Assembly: GCA_042218075.1 (NCBI GenBank)
Contig: JBDGRK010000018.1
Location: 1,388 to 65,387 of the forward strand
Reading direction: 5' to 3'
Length of the DNA: 64,000 bases
DNA from: Candidatus Nanohaloarchaea archaeon
Lineage (GTDB): Archaea; Nanohalarchaeota; Nanosalinia; Nanosalinales; Nanosalinaceae
Made by a program: the position numbers and the translations under genes. Shown piece after piece: positions 8,837 through 16,303 of the stretch (position 1 is the first letter of the stretch; the number at the start of each line of letters is the position of its first letter). Below the pieces are notes generated by a model that saw nothing but the letters and a program-made list of their open reading frames with translations, did not search any database and had not been told where the DNA came from.

Positions 8837-9288
8837 GGATTGTTCTTGATTCTTCTGTTGTAGTAAAGTGGTTTAAGCAGGAGGAAGATAGCAATAAGGC
8901 TCTGAAGATCAGAGAGTCTTATTTCAAGGGCGATCTGGAGATTGCGATACCTGACCTTGTTTTCTACGAGATTTCAAATGTGATGAAATACGATGATGAA
9001 TTCGATGTTAATCAGATTAAAGATTCGATGGAGTCTTTAAGAGACATGGATTTTGAAGTTGTAGCTCCTTACACGGATCTTCTTGATAAAGCCATTGAAC
9101 TGGCTGAGCAGAACAGTATCACGATCTATGATGCGAGCTTTTTGGCCTTGGCCGAGCTTCTTGATGCCAGACTGGTTACAACGGATCAGGAGCTCTACAG
9201 GAAGACAGAGGAGTTGGGGAACACTAAGAAACTCGAGAGTTACGTCGAGGAGCTGGACACTGAAGAAGAGAGTCAGGAGGATGAATGA
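8833..9288 (+). CDS. vapC: PIN-domain toxin VapC
   Basis: MRIVLDSSVVVKWF...YEISNV...ITIYDASFLALAELLDARLVTTDQEL. Confidence 0.8.
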   Translation: MRIVLDSSVVVKWFKQEEDSNKALKIRESYFKGDLEIAIPDLVFYEISNVMKYDDEFDVNQIKDSMESLRDMDFEVVAPYTDLLDKAIELAEQNSITIYDASFLALAELLDARLVTTDQELYRKTEELGNTKKLESYVEELDTEEESQEDE

Positions 9289-9327
9289 CTGAGTTTTCTC
9301 TAGGTAACTTAATGTGAAACGCTGTCG

Positions 9328-9438
9328 GAAGTTCCGGTAAACTTCAACGAGCGGACATAGAAAAAGTACAGAGAACTCCTAAAGAAAGCTGAGGTTGAAG
9401 ATTGCCAGATCTACAACGTGGCGGTAGGAGTGAAGTAG
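9328..9438 (+). pseudogene. Copy 1 of the 3' end of gene 6539-8635 (degenerate)
   Basis: EVPVNFNERT*KKYRELLKKAEVEDCQIYNVAVGVK*, with an in-frame TAG. Confidence 0.75.
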
Positions 9439-9486
9439 TGTTTGGCAACAGTTATCTTTATGAGTTTGTATGAACTGTGTTTAGTT

Positions 9487-9669
9487 ATGGGAGATAAAGA
9501 AATTGCCTCTCCTGAAGACTTCGCTGACGAGGTTAAGAAGAAGTGGAGTGAAAAGGAGAGAGAGTTACGTGAGAAGGTTGAGGAAACTATTGAGCGTAGA
9601 GCAAGGGAGAGAGCTGCTGAGATACTTGATAGAGAGTCCAGAGAACTTAGAGAAGCTTCAACTGCTTAG
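9487..9669 (+). CDS. Small charged coiled-coil ORF, possibly the antitoxin of the convergent PIN gene
   Basis: MGDKEIASPEDFADEVKKKWSEKERELREKVEETIERRARERAAEILDRESRELREASTA. Its 3' end overlaps the 3' end of 9658-10140 by 12 nt. Confidence 0.3.
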   Translation: MGDKEIASPEDFADEVKKKWSEKERELREKVEETIERRARERAAEILDRESRELREASTA

Positions 9670-10140
9670 TTCTTCCGGAGATTTTATCTCTATTTCTGTC
9701 AACTCTTGTTCTTTCAGGAACTTATTAAGCTCTTTCTGCCGGTTCAAGAGATGCTTTTTGTCGAAGGTGATCAAGTGGCCCAGTTTCAATCCGCTGACAT
9801 AAAGGACTAGGTTCAGGTCTGATTCATTCATATTTTCTAGTCGATCCATTCCTTCTTCGATTATTTCTGATACAAGTTTGCCGGTTTCTGACTCGATCGA
9901 GTTTTCGAGTTCTCTCACATCTATAAGTTCCTTCGAATGCTTGAACTGGAACTCAGCTATTCTCGTCGCCAGATCACCGTGTTTCCATTCGTGAATTTGT
10001 TGAAATAGGAGTAGAGGAATGTGAAGTTCAATTTCTCCGTTCTCGATTTTCTTTAATACCTCTTCGGCATGCTCTTTCCTGTCGTCTTGCTTATCCCAGA
10101 GAGCTATCGTGAAAACGTCTATATCCACGACTGCTTTCAT
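9658..10140 (-). CDS. PIN-like domain protein
   Basis: From ATG 10140: MKAVVDIDVFTIALWDKQDD...HIPLLLFQQIHEW...LVLYVSGLKLGHLITFDKKHL. The acidic pattern and the C-terminal TFDK motif are PIN-like. Confidence 0.55.
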   Translation of the reverse strand: MKAVVDIDVFTIALWDKQDDRKEHAEEVLKKIENGEIELHIPLLLFQQIHEWKHGDLATRIAEFQFKHSKELIDVRELENSIESETGKLVSEIIEEGMDRLENMNESDLNLVLYVSGLKLGHLITFDKKHLLNRQKELNKFLKEQELTEIEIKSPEELSS

Positions 10141-10215
10141 AGAAAAAATCGCGGATTTATATTTAATTAGTTTGACTGAAATTCGATTTGACAATTTAAA
10201 AGAAGAAAGCATCAC

Positions 10216-10371
10216 TTTCGACTAGTACAGAAAGCGATTGGAGTAGTACTGGAAGAGTTCGAAGTCACTGGAAACGTGAACGAGAAGACAGCCATGAAGT
10301 ACAGACAACTGATGGAAGAAGCAGAAGATGAAAACTACAGTATATACAACGTAGCAGTCGGAGTGAAGTAG
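10216..10371 (+). pseudogene. Copy 2 of the 3' end of gene 6539-8635 (open frame, no start)
   Basis: FRLVQKAIGVVLEEFEVTGNVNEKTAMKYRQLMEEAEDENYSIYNVAVGVK*. Confidence 0.8.
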
Positions 10372-10403
10372 TTTTTATATAGTTTCTCTGATAATAGAAC
10401 TTT

Positions 10404-10565
10404 ATGCCCGAGACAATTAAGAGCGGTGAGAAGGATTTGGACGAACTTGAGGAGGAGTTTAGAGAGTCTTTGAAAGATGCCGCTGAGGGTAGAATTTCCA
10501 ATGATGTGGATGCTATTCGAGAACGGATCGAGCGTAAGCGAGAGCGTTCTGAATGCGACCGGTAA
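10404..10565 (+). CDS. 53-aa antitoxin-like protein, convergent with its putative toxin
   Basis: My own translation gives MPETIKSGEKDLDELEEEFRESLKDAAEGRISNDVDAIRERIERKRERSECDR. It is a homolog of the 11603-11752 product (...AIRERIRK). It overlaps 10513-10869 by 53 nt tail to tail. Confidence 0.45.
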   Translation: MPETIKSGEKDLDELEEEFRESLKDAAEGRISNDVDAIRERIERKRERSECDR

Positions 10566-10869
10566 GCTTCTTTGAGTCCTTCTTCGTCATTACTTTAAGG
10601 GCATATATTTTACCGTCTTCCAGTGTTTCAAGATATTCTCCTTCTAGAAACCAGGCTCTGAAGTCTCTGCCTAGGTTCATCTGGAGAAAAGGATGCATAT
10701 TACCCGACATTCTCTTGTTGAACGTTTGCTGGGGTGAAGCGTTTAGTTCGAGGTTTCTATCAGCTGCTGTAGCTTTGCTAAAGAAAGTTTCCTCAACCTT
10801 TGGAGGCAATTCAACCAGATCGTTTTCTGCTGTCTCTGTTATCTCTATATGTTTGAGTTTATCAACCAT
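10513..10869 (-). CDS. RelE/ParE-superfamily-like toxin (paralog of 11233-11628)
   Basis: ...HIEITETAENDLVELPPKVEETFF...MSGNMHPFLQMNLGRDFRAWFLEGEY...IYALKVMTKKD. ATG 10869 is preferred over the ORF-track TTG at 10917, by alignment to the paralog. Confidence 0.5.
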   Translation of the reverse strand: MVDKLKHIEITETAENDLVELPPKVEETFFSKATAADRNLELNASPQQTFNKRMSGNMHPFLQMNLGRDFRAWFLEGEYLETLEDGKIYALKVMTKKDSKKLTGRIQNALAYARSVLE

Positions 10870-10920
10870 GTACTCTGGTTTACCGTCTCGAAATATAAAT
10901 TCTAGTTTGAGAGTCAAAAG

Positions 10921-11192
10921 TTTTCACTGTTCACGTTTCGGTCAAAGTTAGAGGAGCCGCTTCCGAAGGAGATTATCTACTGCCTTCAGGAGAGAATGAT
11001 GGTACAGCAGTGGCTGTTCCGGAAAACGAGATCAGCTTCCAACAGTACAGAAACGCGATCAGAGTTGTGCTCGAAAAGTTCGAGATCCCGGAAAACGTGA
11101 ACAACAAGACAGCCAGGAAGTACACACAACTGATGGAAGAAGCGGAAGATGAAGACTACAGCATCTACAACGTGGCGGTAGGTGTGAAGTAA
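10921..11192 (+). pseudogene. Copy 3 of the 3' end of gene 6539-8635 (longest copy, about 90 codons, frame intact)
   Basis: FSLFTFRVKVRGAASEGDYLLPSGENDGTAVAVPENEISFQQYRNAIRVVLEKFEIPENVNNKTARKYTQLMEEAEDEDYSIYNVAVGVK*. Confidence 0.85.
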
Positions 11193-11232
11193 GAGAGAAA
11201 TAGTTATTAACCGGTTTGAGATTAATTTTTCT

Positions 11233-11628
11233 ATGGAAATTGTAGTAACTGAGAACGCAGTTAGAGATATTGCCGAACTTCCTGGCGAAGTTGAAGATAC
11301 TTTTTTCAGTGCGAAAAAGACGGCTGAGAAGAACCTAAATTTAGGTGCATCTCCTGATCAGGCACTGGAGAAGTATCTTTCCGGTGGTATGCATCCGATT
11401 CTTCAGGAAACTTTAGGAGCTGATTACAGGGCCTGGTTTATAGAGGGAGGTAGGGCAAATAAAATGCTTGGAAGAAATGAATTTGATGAAGACAAACTTT
11501 ACTGTTTCCGTGTCTTGACCGCTAAAGAGGCTCACAAGATAGAAGATGGCTCTAGGAACGCTCGCGCAATTCTTCAATTCGAAAATCACAGATTTTCTTC
11601 TCTTAGAAACTGCTACGCAGTTTCCTAA
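11233..11628 (+). CDS. RelE/ParE-superfamily-like toxin
   Basis: MEIVVTENAVRDIAELPGEVEDTFF...LSGGMHPILQETLGADYRAWFIEG...LYCFRVLTAKEAHK. Confidence 0.5.
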   Translation: MEIVVTENAVRDIAELPGEVEDTFFSAKKTAEKNLNLGASPDQALEKYLSGGMHPILQETLGADYRAWFIEGGRANKMLGRNEFDEDKLYCFRVLTAKEAHKIEDGSRNARAILQFENHRFSSLRNCYAVS

Positions 11629-11752
11629 TCCGCTCTCGGATAGCGGACTCTTTGCTGTAAACTTCGCTCTCTGCAGCCTGTTTGATTGATTCCTCTGTTC
11701 TCTCAATCAACTTTTTCAGGCTTAAATTTCGTTTTTCTATAGCTTCAGTCAT
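11603..11752 (-). CDS. 49-aa antitoxin-like protein, convergent with 11233-11628
   Basis: My own translation gives MTEAIEKRNLSLKKLIERTEESIKQAAESEVYSKESAIRERIRKLRSSF. There is a 26-nt tail-to-tail overlap with the toxin. Confidence 0.45.
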   Translation of the reverse strand: MTEAIEKRNLSLKKLIERTEESIKQAAESEVYSKESAIRERIRKLRSSF

Positions 11753-11811
11753 ATTTGTTAAGGATCGACTCAGTCTTTTAACCTTTACTCTTTCCTATTT
11801 AGGGATGTTAC

Positions 11812-12052
11812 AGGGCGATCGCCTTCACCGGTCAGGTTCCTGTGAAGGTGAGAGGTGACGCGGATGCCGGAGACTACCTCATGCCAAGCGGAAGGAATGA
11901 TGGAACTGCTATAGCGGTCAGTGAGGAAAACATAACCTTCGACCAGTACAGGGATGCAATCGAAGTGGTCCTGCAAGAATTCGAGAGACCTGATGGAGAA
12001 GGCCGAAAACAAAGATTACAGCATCTAAAATGTAGCAGTAGGAGTGAATTAG
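11812..12052 (+). pseudogene. Copy 4 of the 3' end of gene 6539-8635 (internal deletion/frameshift plus TAA)
   Basis: AIAFTGQVPVKVRGDADAGDYLMPSGRNDGTAIAVSEENITFDQYRDAIEVVLQEFERP. After a frameshift it continues LMEKAENKDYSI*NVAVGVN*. Confidence 0.8.
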
Positions 12053-12526
12053 TTACTGTCTCTCTTCCAGTTTCCGTATTGCCTGTTCTAGTATTTGGTC
12101 TGTTGTGAAAAGCGCTGATTCTTTCTGCAGCTGCCGCATTTTTTCGACTGCTTTCTCTAGAGTTAGTTTTCCTTTCTGCTGGTTGATCGCTATTATACCT
12201 ATTGATCCGTGTGTTTCAATTCCGAGTTCTCTGGATTTCTGTCTTGCTTCGAGGTCGTCGGTGATGAAGATAGCTTCCTCCTTTTTTGCTGTTTCCAGTG
12301 CGGTTGATTCTCCGGGATCGAGATTGTACTTATTTTGATCTGCATTCTTCTTCTGGTAGTTCATCTCTTCGAGGTCTTGAGGTATCTTGTATTCGGCTAG
12401 TTCGTCCAGAACGGTTTCAGTTATGAGAACTTCTTCGAATATTTCGAGCAGGTGTAGAGAATTTATCTGGTTTAGATGTATGATAGGTCCTGTGTCTAGG
12501 GCAGCTTGCTTTAGGCTGTCGCCCAT
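12053..12526 (-). CDS. DUF3368-type PIN-like toxin
   Basis: LDTGPIIHLNQI...DPGESTALETAKKEEAIFITDDLEARQKSRELGIETHGSIGII is the pattern of COG2405/DUF3368 proteins. Confidence 0.7.
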   Translation of the reverse strand: MGDSLKQAALDTGPIIHLNQINSLHLLEIFEEVLITETVLDELAEYKIPQDLEEMNYQKKNADQNKYNLDPGESTALETAKKEEAIFITDDLEARQKSRELGIETHGSIGIIAINQQKGKLTLEKAVEKMRQLQKESALFTTDQILEQAIRKLEERQ

Positions 12527-12756
12527 TCTATATCTTCCTCTACTGCTTCAACTTCCTTCTCCGCTCTCCTTATTTTTCCAGCGCCCAGTAGCTCCACTGC
12601 CTTTTCTCTGCTTACCTCGTCTTTCAGGTACTTGTCCAGAATATTTTTTTCCCAGAGCTGTTTCACGCCTTCTTCCAGTGCTTTCTCCATTACCTCTGAT
12701 TCTGTGATCCCGCGTTCGTGTGCTAGTTCACTTATCTGTTCTGTCAGGCCCGACAT
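12511..12756 (-). CDS. UPF0175-family antitoxin
   Basis: It lies upstream of, and overlaps, the DUF3368 gene. ...LDKYLKDEVSREKAVELLGAGKI resembles the UPF0175 core. Confidence 0.6.
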   Translation of the reverse strand: MSGLTEQISELAHERGITESEVMEKALEEGVKQLWEKNILDKYLKDEVSREKAVELLGAGKIRRAEKEVEAVEEDIEWATA

Positions 12757-12805
12757 ATTATTATCTTGTCTTTGAATTAATTTAAGCCTTGTTATTTGCG
12801 GAAAT

Positions 12806-13013
12806 TATCTATTACCTGGTGAGGAGATGGTCTGTTGTGGCAGAAAGCAAAGATCGGTTTCGGTGACTACCATAGAGCGATCGGAGTTGTGCCTGAAAAG
12901 GTGAAATTCTTGGAAACGTAAAAGAGAAGACAGCGGAGAAATAGAGGCAACTCCCTGAAGAAGCGAAGGACAAGCCCTACAAGATCTACAACGTGGTGGT
13001 AGGAGTGAAGTAG
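12806..13013 (+). pseudogene. Copy 5 of the 3' end of gene 6539-8635 (multiple frameshifts and stops)
   Basis: Nucleotide alignment by eye to 8415-8635. It ends ...KDKPYKIYNVVVGVK* and is followed by AGAGATTTAA, as the parent gene is. Confidence 0.7.
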
Positions 13014-13042
13014 CCAAAGAGATTTAACCCTGCGGGTTAAGA

Positions 13043-13315
13043 TTGAGGATGTGGTCTGTCATGACTGTTGATACTGCTGATGCCGTTGATTCAGCTATAA
13101 GGAAGGATCTGAATGAAGGCGAGTACATGCTGGAGAGATTCAGGAAGAGGTTGGAAGAGTTTGAGGAAGAATATGATATGAGTTCAGAGGAGTTTATGGA
13201 GAAGTTTGAATCCGGAGAGCTTGGTGATGATGAAGACTTCTTTGAGTGGTATGCTGTATATGAGAGCATGAAGTACTGGGAGGAGAAGACAGGTAAACTC
13301 ATGGAAGCCTTATGA
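13043..13315 (+). CDS. Antitoxin-like acidic protein (start probably ATG 13049 or 13061)
   Basis: ...RFRKRLEEFEEEYDMSSEEFMEKFESGELGDDEDFFEWYAVYESMKYWEE is a motif I recall from small archaeal TA-partner proteins. It overlaps the next ORF by ATGA. Confidence 0.45.
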   Translation: MRMWSVMTVDTADAVDSAIRKDLNEGEYMLERFRKRLEEFEEEYDMSSEEFMEKFESGELGDDEDFFEWYAVYESMKYWEEKTGKLMEAL

Positions 13316-13467
13316 TCCGAGGCTATTTCGCAGATAGGAAGCAGGAAATTCTGGATAACCCTTCTAAAGTTGATCTATCTTTTGATTCAACTGCCACAGA
13401 TGAAGACAGAGGCTTCTGGAAAGCCAGAATTACTTTCAGAGATGGTTCTAGACTTCACCTTTTTTAA
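13312..13467 (+). pseudogene. Truncated toxin-like ORF (51 codons), cut off at the junction with copy 6
   Basis: MIRGYFADRKQEILDNPSKVDLSFDSTATDEDRGFWKARITFRDGSRLHLF*. It resembles the N-terminus of DUF6516/TumE-type proteins, and that assignment is from memory only. Confidence 0.3.
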
Positions 13468-13491
13468 TTTTTACTAATCAATGAGAGTCTT

Positions 13492-13665
13492 GAAGTAGAT
13501 AAGTACAGCTTCGACCAGTACAGGCAAGCAATCGGAGCGGTCCTGCAAGAATTCGAGAGACCTGAAAACCTGAACGATAAGACAGCAAGAGAATAAAGGG
13601 AACTGCTTGAAGATGCAGAATATGAAGACTACCAAATTTACAATGTAGCAGTCGGAGCGAAATAA
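13492..13665 (+). pseudogene. Copy 6 of the 3' end of gene 6539-8635 (in-frame TAA)
   Basis: EVDKYSFDQYRQAIGAVLQEFERPENLNDKTARE*RELLEDAEYEDYQIYNVAVGAK*. Confidence 0.8.
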
Positions 13666-13706
13666 GCTTGTTCCACATGTAAACAATAAGAATTTTAAAG
13701 TTTGGT

Positions 13707-14234
13707 TTGTATACATTTGTCATGGATGAAGTGGTTCCGGATACTAACACTTTGATTTACTTGGCCAAGTCGGGGATGCTACCCATACTGGACAGATACG
13801 AAGTATATATTACCAGAGAAGTTTTTGATGAAGCTGTTAAGAGCGGGAAGAAAGAAGATAAATCGGACGCTTTCCTGCTTGAGAGACATATAGAAGAGAA
13901 CTGGAATAATGAGAAAGTTGATAAGGAAAAATTGGAAGAAGAGTTAGACTATTTCGGGGCTAGAGGAGAGACAAGTGTATACATGCTGGCAGATAAAAAA
14001 GATATTCCAGCTTTGACATCAGATAAAGTAGCTAGAAATAAAATGAGGAAAAAACAGGTTGATGTAATAAGGACAGACATGTTACTGTTGAAACAATTCC
14101 GCAATAATCAACTGGAAAAGTCCGAGTTGAGAGAAAAGCTTAACAGACTAAACTCAGTAAATGGAACAACAGGTCAGAGGATTAATTTCCTGATGAAAAA
14201 AGCTGAAGAACATGCAAGAGGTGAAGAAGAATGA
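13707..14234 (+). CDS. PIN-like (DUF3368-related) toxin
   Basis: VVPDTNTLIYLAKSGMLPILD...FGARGETSVYMLADKKDIPALTSDKVARNKMRKKQVDVIRT is similar in layout to 44771-45286. Confidence 0.55.
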   Translation: MYTFVMDEVVPDTNTLIYLAKSGMLPILDRYEVYITREVFDEAVKSGKKEDKSDAFLLERHIEENWNNEKVDKEKLEEELDYFGARGETSVYMLADKKDIPALTSDKVARNKMRKKQVDVIRTDMLLLKQFRNNQLEKSELREKLNRLNSVNGTTGQRINFLMKKAEEHARGEEE

Positions 14235-14539
14235 CTAAAGCTGTATCAACAAGAATATCGGAAGAAACAGTCGAAAAACTGGATGAAATAGCAGAAGAAG
14301 AACACCTAGACAGAGCTACACTGCTTAGGAAAATGCTGGAAGAGGATGTAGAAGAATACCTGAAAAGAAAAGCTGCAGAATCATATAGCAGAGGCGAGAA
14401 AAGTATAGAGGCTGCGGCAGCTCGGGCCGACGTTTCGGTATGGCAGATGATTCAATACACACAGAAACATAACATTGAATCGCCGTCAGATGATGTCGAA
14501 GGACTTGAACAAGAATATCGAGAATCCGAGGAAGTATGA
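14231..14539 (+). CDS. RHH/UPF0175-like antitoxin (here downstream of its toxin)
   Basis: TRISEETVEKLDEIAEEEHLDRATLLRKMLEE (RHH-like) plus ...SIEAAAARADVSVWQMIQY. It is a paralog of 44464-44778. Confidence 0.6.
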   Translation: MTKAVSTRISEETVEKLDEIAEEEHLDRATLLRKMLEEDVEEYLKRKAAESYSRGEKSIEAAAARADVSVWQMIQYTQKHNIESPSDDVEGLEQEYRESEEV

Positions 14540-14563
14540 GATCTACAGCTAGGAATGAAGTAG
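14540..14563 (+). pseudogene. Copy 7: a 24-nt stub of the 3' end of gene 6539-8635
   Basis: GATCTACAGCTAGGAATGAAGTAG compares with ATCTACAA(C/T)GT(G/T)GCGGTAGGAGTGAAGT(A/G)(G/A). It is followed by AGAGATTTAAACCGGG as in copies 0 and 5. Confidence 0.5.
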
Positions 14564-14595
14564 AGATTTAAACCGGGAACGACAATTTTGAATCA

Positions 14596-15135
14596 ATGAA
14601 GAAAGCAGTTTTCCTGACATCAGTTCTTTTCCTGGTGACTTTCGTGTCCGGATACCAGATAGACTCCACCAGTGATAATCTTGGTCATGAGTTCAATATC
14701 GATGGAGAAAACAATAAGACAATAGTCTATGGTGATGGGACAGCGAGGTACGGAAGAGTGCCGATGAACATCGAAGTGGAGAATGGATCTGGATTCGAGG
14801 TCTGTGCATCAGGCGGAAAACAGGAATACTCCTTCCGGCTGAAGTCGAACGGTACCGTGCTTGAATCGGGATGGAGCGAGAGCTCATGCAGGTCCTGGAA
14901 TCTGAACCACAGCTTCATGGGCGATAAGATGCACGTCCTCGTATGGTCGAGGAACAGCGACAGCAACTACACCCACAGCTCAGCCACGAGAAGCGACTCC
15001 TTCCTTCAGCTGAGGTACGAGAACGTGACAGTGGTGGAAGCGGAGGACAATCGGAGAGAAAGATCGGAAACCGGAGATCAAGGAAATAAAGGATTTCTGG
15101 CTGAACTCTTCAGGGCTATCTCAAATCTTCTTTGA
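14596..15135 (+). CDS. Secreted hypothetical protein
   Basis: N-terminal signal MKKAVFLTSVLFLVTFVSG. No motif recognised. A 50-nt fragment of this gene recurs inverted at about 22121-22161. Confidence 0.6.
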   Translation: MKKAVFLTSVLFLVTFVSGYQIDSTSDNLGHEFNIDGENNKTIVYGDGTARYGRVPMNIEVENGSGFEVCASGGKQEYSFRLKSNGTVLESGWSESSCRSWNLNHSFMGDKMHVLVWSRNSDSNYTHSSATRSDSFLQLRYENVTVVEAEDNRRERSETGDQGNKGFLAELFRAISNLL

Positions 15136-15181
15136 GAAAATCATTAAAACACAGGAGATAAAAACTAACTATTGGTCGCAA

Positions 15182-15478
15182 ATGGACGAGGAAAAGATCG
15201 AAGAGTTAGTTGAGCAGGAGGTTGAGGAAGTCATAGAGGAGAAGACTAATGATGCAGTAGAAACTCAAGGGAAGGGTCTTGAGAGAATAATAGAGGAGAA
15301 GATTGAAGAGAAGTATCGTAAAGCAGGAGGAAGCTTGGTAAACCTGGATGAAAAAAAGATATCGAGGCGGGGATTTCTGAAAGCTCTCGGTCTGGGAACG
15401 GGCGGTCTGGCTCTTTCATCAATAGCGTCAAGTGCAAGCCTACTGTCTGGAACCACTATAAATGGCAACACTGCATGA
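15182..15478 (+). CDS. Acidic leader plus twin-arginine (Tat) signal; the 5' part of a gene split from 15509-16270 by an in-frame TGA
   Basis: ...KKISRRGFLKALGLGTGGLALSSIASSASLL is a Tat-type signal. It is in the same reading frame as 15509-16270. Confidence 0.5.
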   Translation: MDEEKIEELVEQEVEEVIEEKTNDAVETQGKGLERIIEEKIEEKYRKAGGSLVNLDEKKISRRGFLKALGLGTGGLALSSIASSASLLSGTTINGNTA

Positions 15479-15508
15479 CATACAGGAAACGACGGCTCCG
15501 GTTCAGGC

Positions 15509-16270
15509 TTGAATGCCGACCAGCTTGACGGACATGATTTGAGCGTGGGAAGTTCCAGGCCTAGCTCGCCCTCCTCAAGCCACCTCTTCTTCGACACAGA
15601 TAGTTCGGTGGTGGAATATTACAATAGAAGCAGCTGGGTCACTATTATTTCTAGTAAGGTTACTGCTGGGCTCATATCCTGGTACAAATTAGAATCTGGG
15701 AGCGGAAGCACGGCTACAGATAGTTATGGAAGTAATAATGGTTCAATAAATGGAGCTTCATGGACATCAGGGAAGGTTGGAGATTACGCCTTAAGTTTCG
15801 ATGGAAATGTGAATGCGGGTAATAATGCCTGGGGATTCAGTAATGATGATGCCTTTACCTTTGCGGCATGGGTATACTTTGACGGAAATGATGGACATGT
15901 CGTCTCAATTACTAATGAACGTGCCACTATGAGTATAGGTACGCTCAGTGTCAATTCCGGTCAGCTAGGATGTCGAATGGACGACGGTAGTAACGGTTCT
16001 GCGGTAAGTTCCGGCACTTCATTCCCGACAAGTTCATGGACACATGCAGCCGTCACTTTTGACGGATTAACCGTACGTGTATACCAGGACGCAAGTGAGA
16101 AGAATAGCGGTAGCGATAGCTACGCCACAGTCAGCGCCGACTCCGGATTTGGAGCCGATCCTCACAGCCCTAACCGTTCTATATCGGCAGATATTGACGA
16201 TGTTCGAGTCTACAATCGAGCACTAAGTTCGGGCGAGATAGACACAATTTATAACCGCTATTCCTTTTGA
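15509..16270 (+). CDS. LamG / concanavalin-A-like lectin domain protein (3' part of the split gene)
   Basis: NADQLDGHD motif, then ...LISWYKLESGSGSTATDSYGSNNGSINGASWTSGKVGDYALSFDG...FTFAAWVY...DDVRVYNRALSSGEI, which is typical of Laminin_G_3 domains. Confidence 0.7.
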   Translation: MNADQLDGHDLSVGSSRPSSPSSSHLFFDTDSSVVEYYNRSSWVTIISSKVTAGLISWYKLESGSGSTATDSYGSNNGSINGASWTSGKVGDYALSFDGNVNAGNNAWGFSNDDAFTFAAWVYFDGNDGHVVSITNERATMSIGTLSVNSGQLGCRMDDGSNGSAVSSGTSFPTSSWTHAAVTFDGLTVRVYQDASEKNSGSDSYATVSADSGFGADPHSPNRSISADIDDVRVYNRALSSGEIDTIYNRYSF

Positions 16271-16303
16271 TTCATCTCCCTGACCCGTAAAGCGAGCCCT
16301 TTT

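Noticed and set aside
8636-14572. Whether the regularly spaced repeats are a CRISPR array or an integron cassette array.
   Set aside because: The repeats are 24-270 nt, vary in length, and are clearly derived from a coding 3' end. The spacers are 0.5-1.5 kb gene cassettes. No cas gene, no intI gene and no attC-like imperfect hairpins are present in the window.
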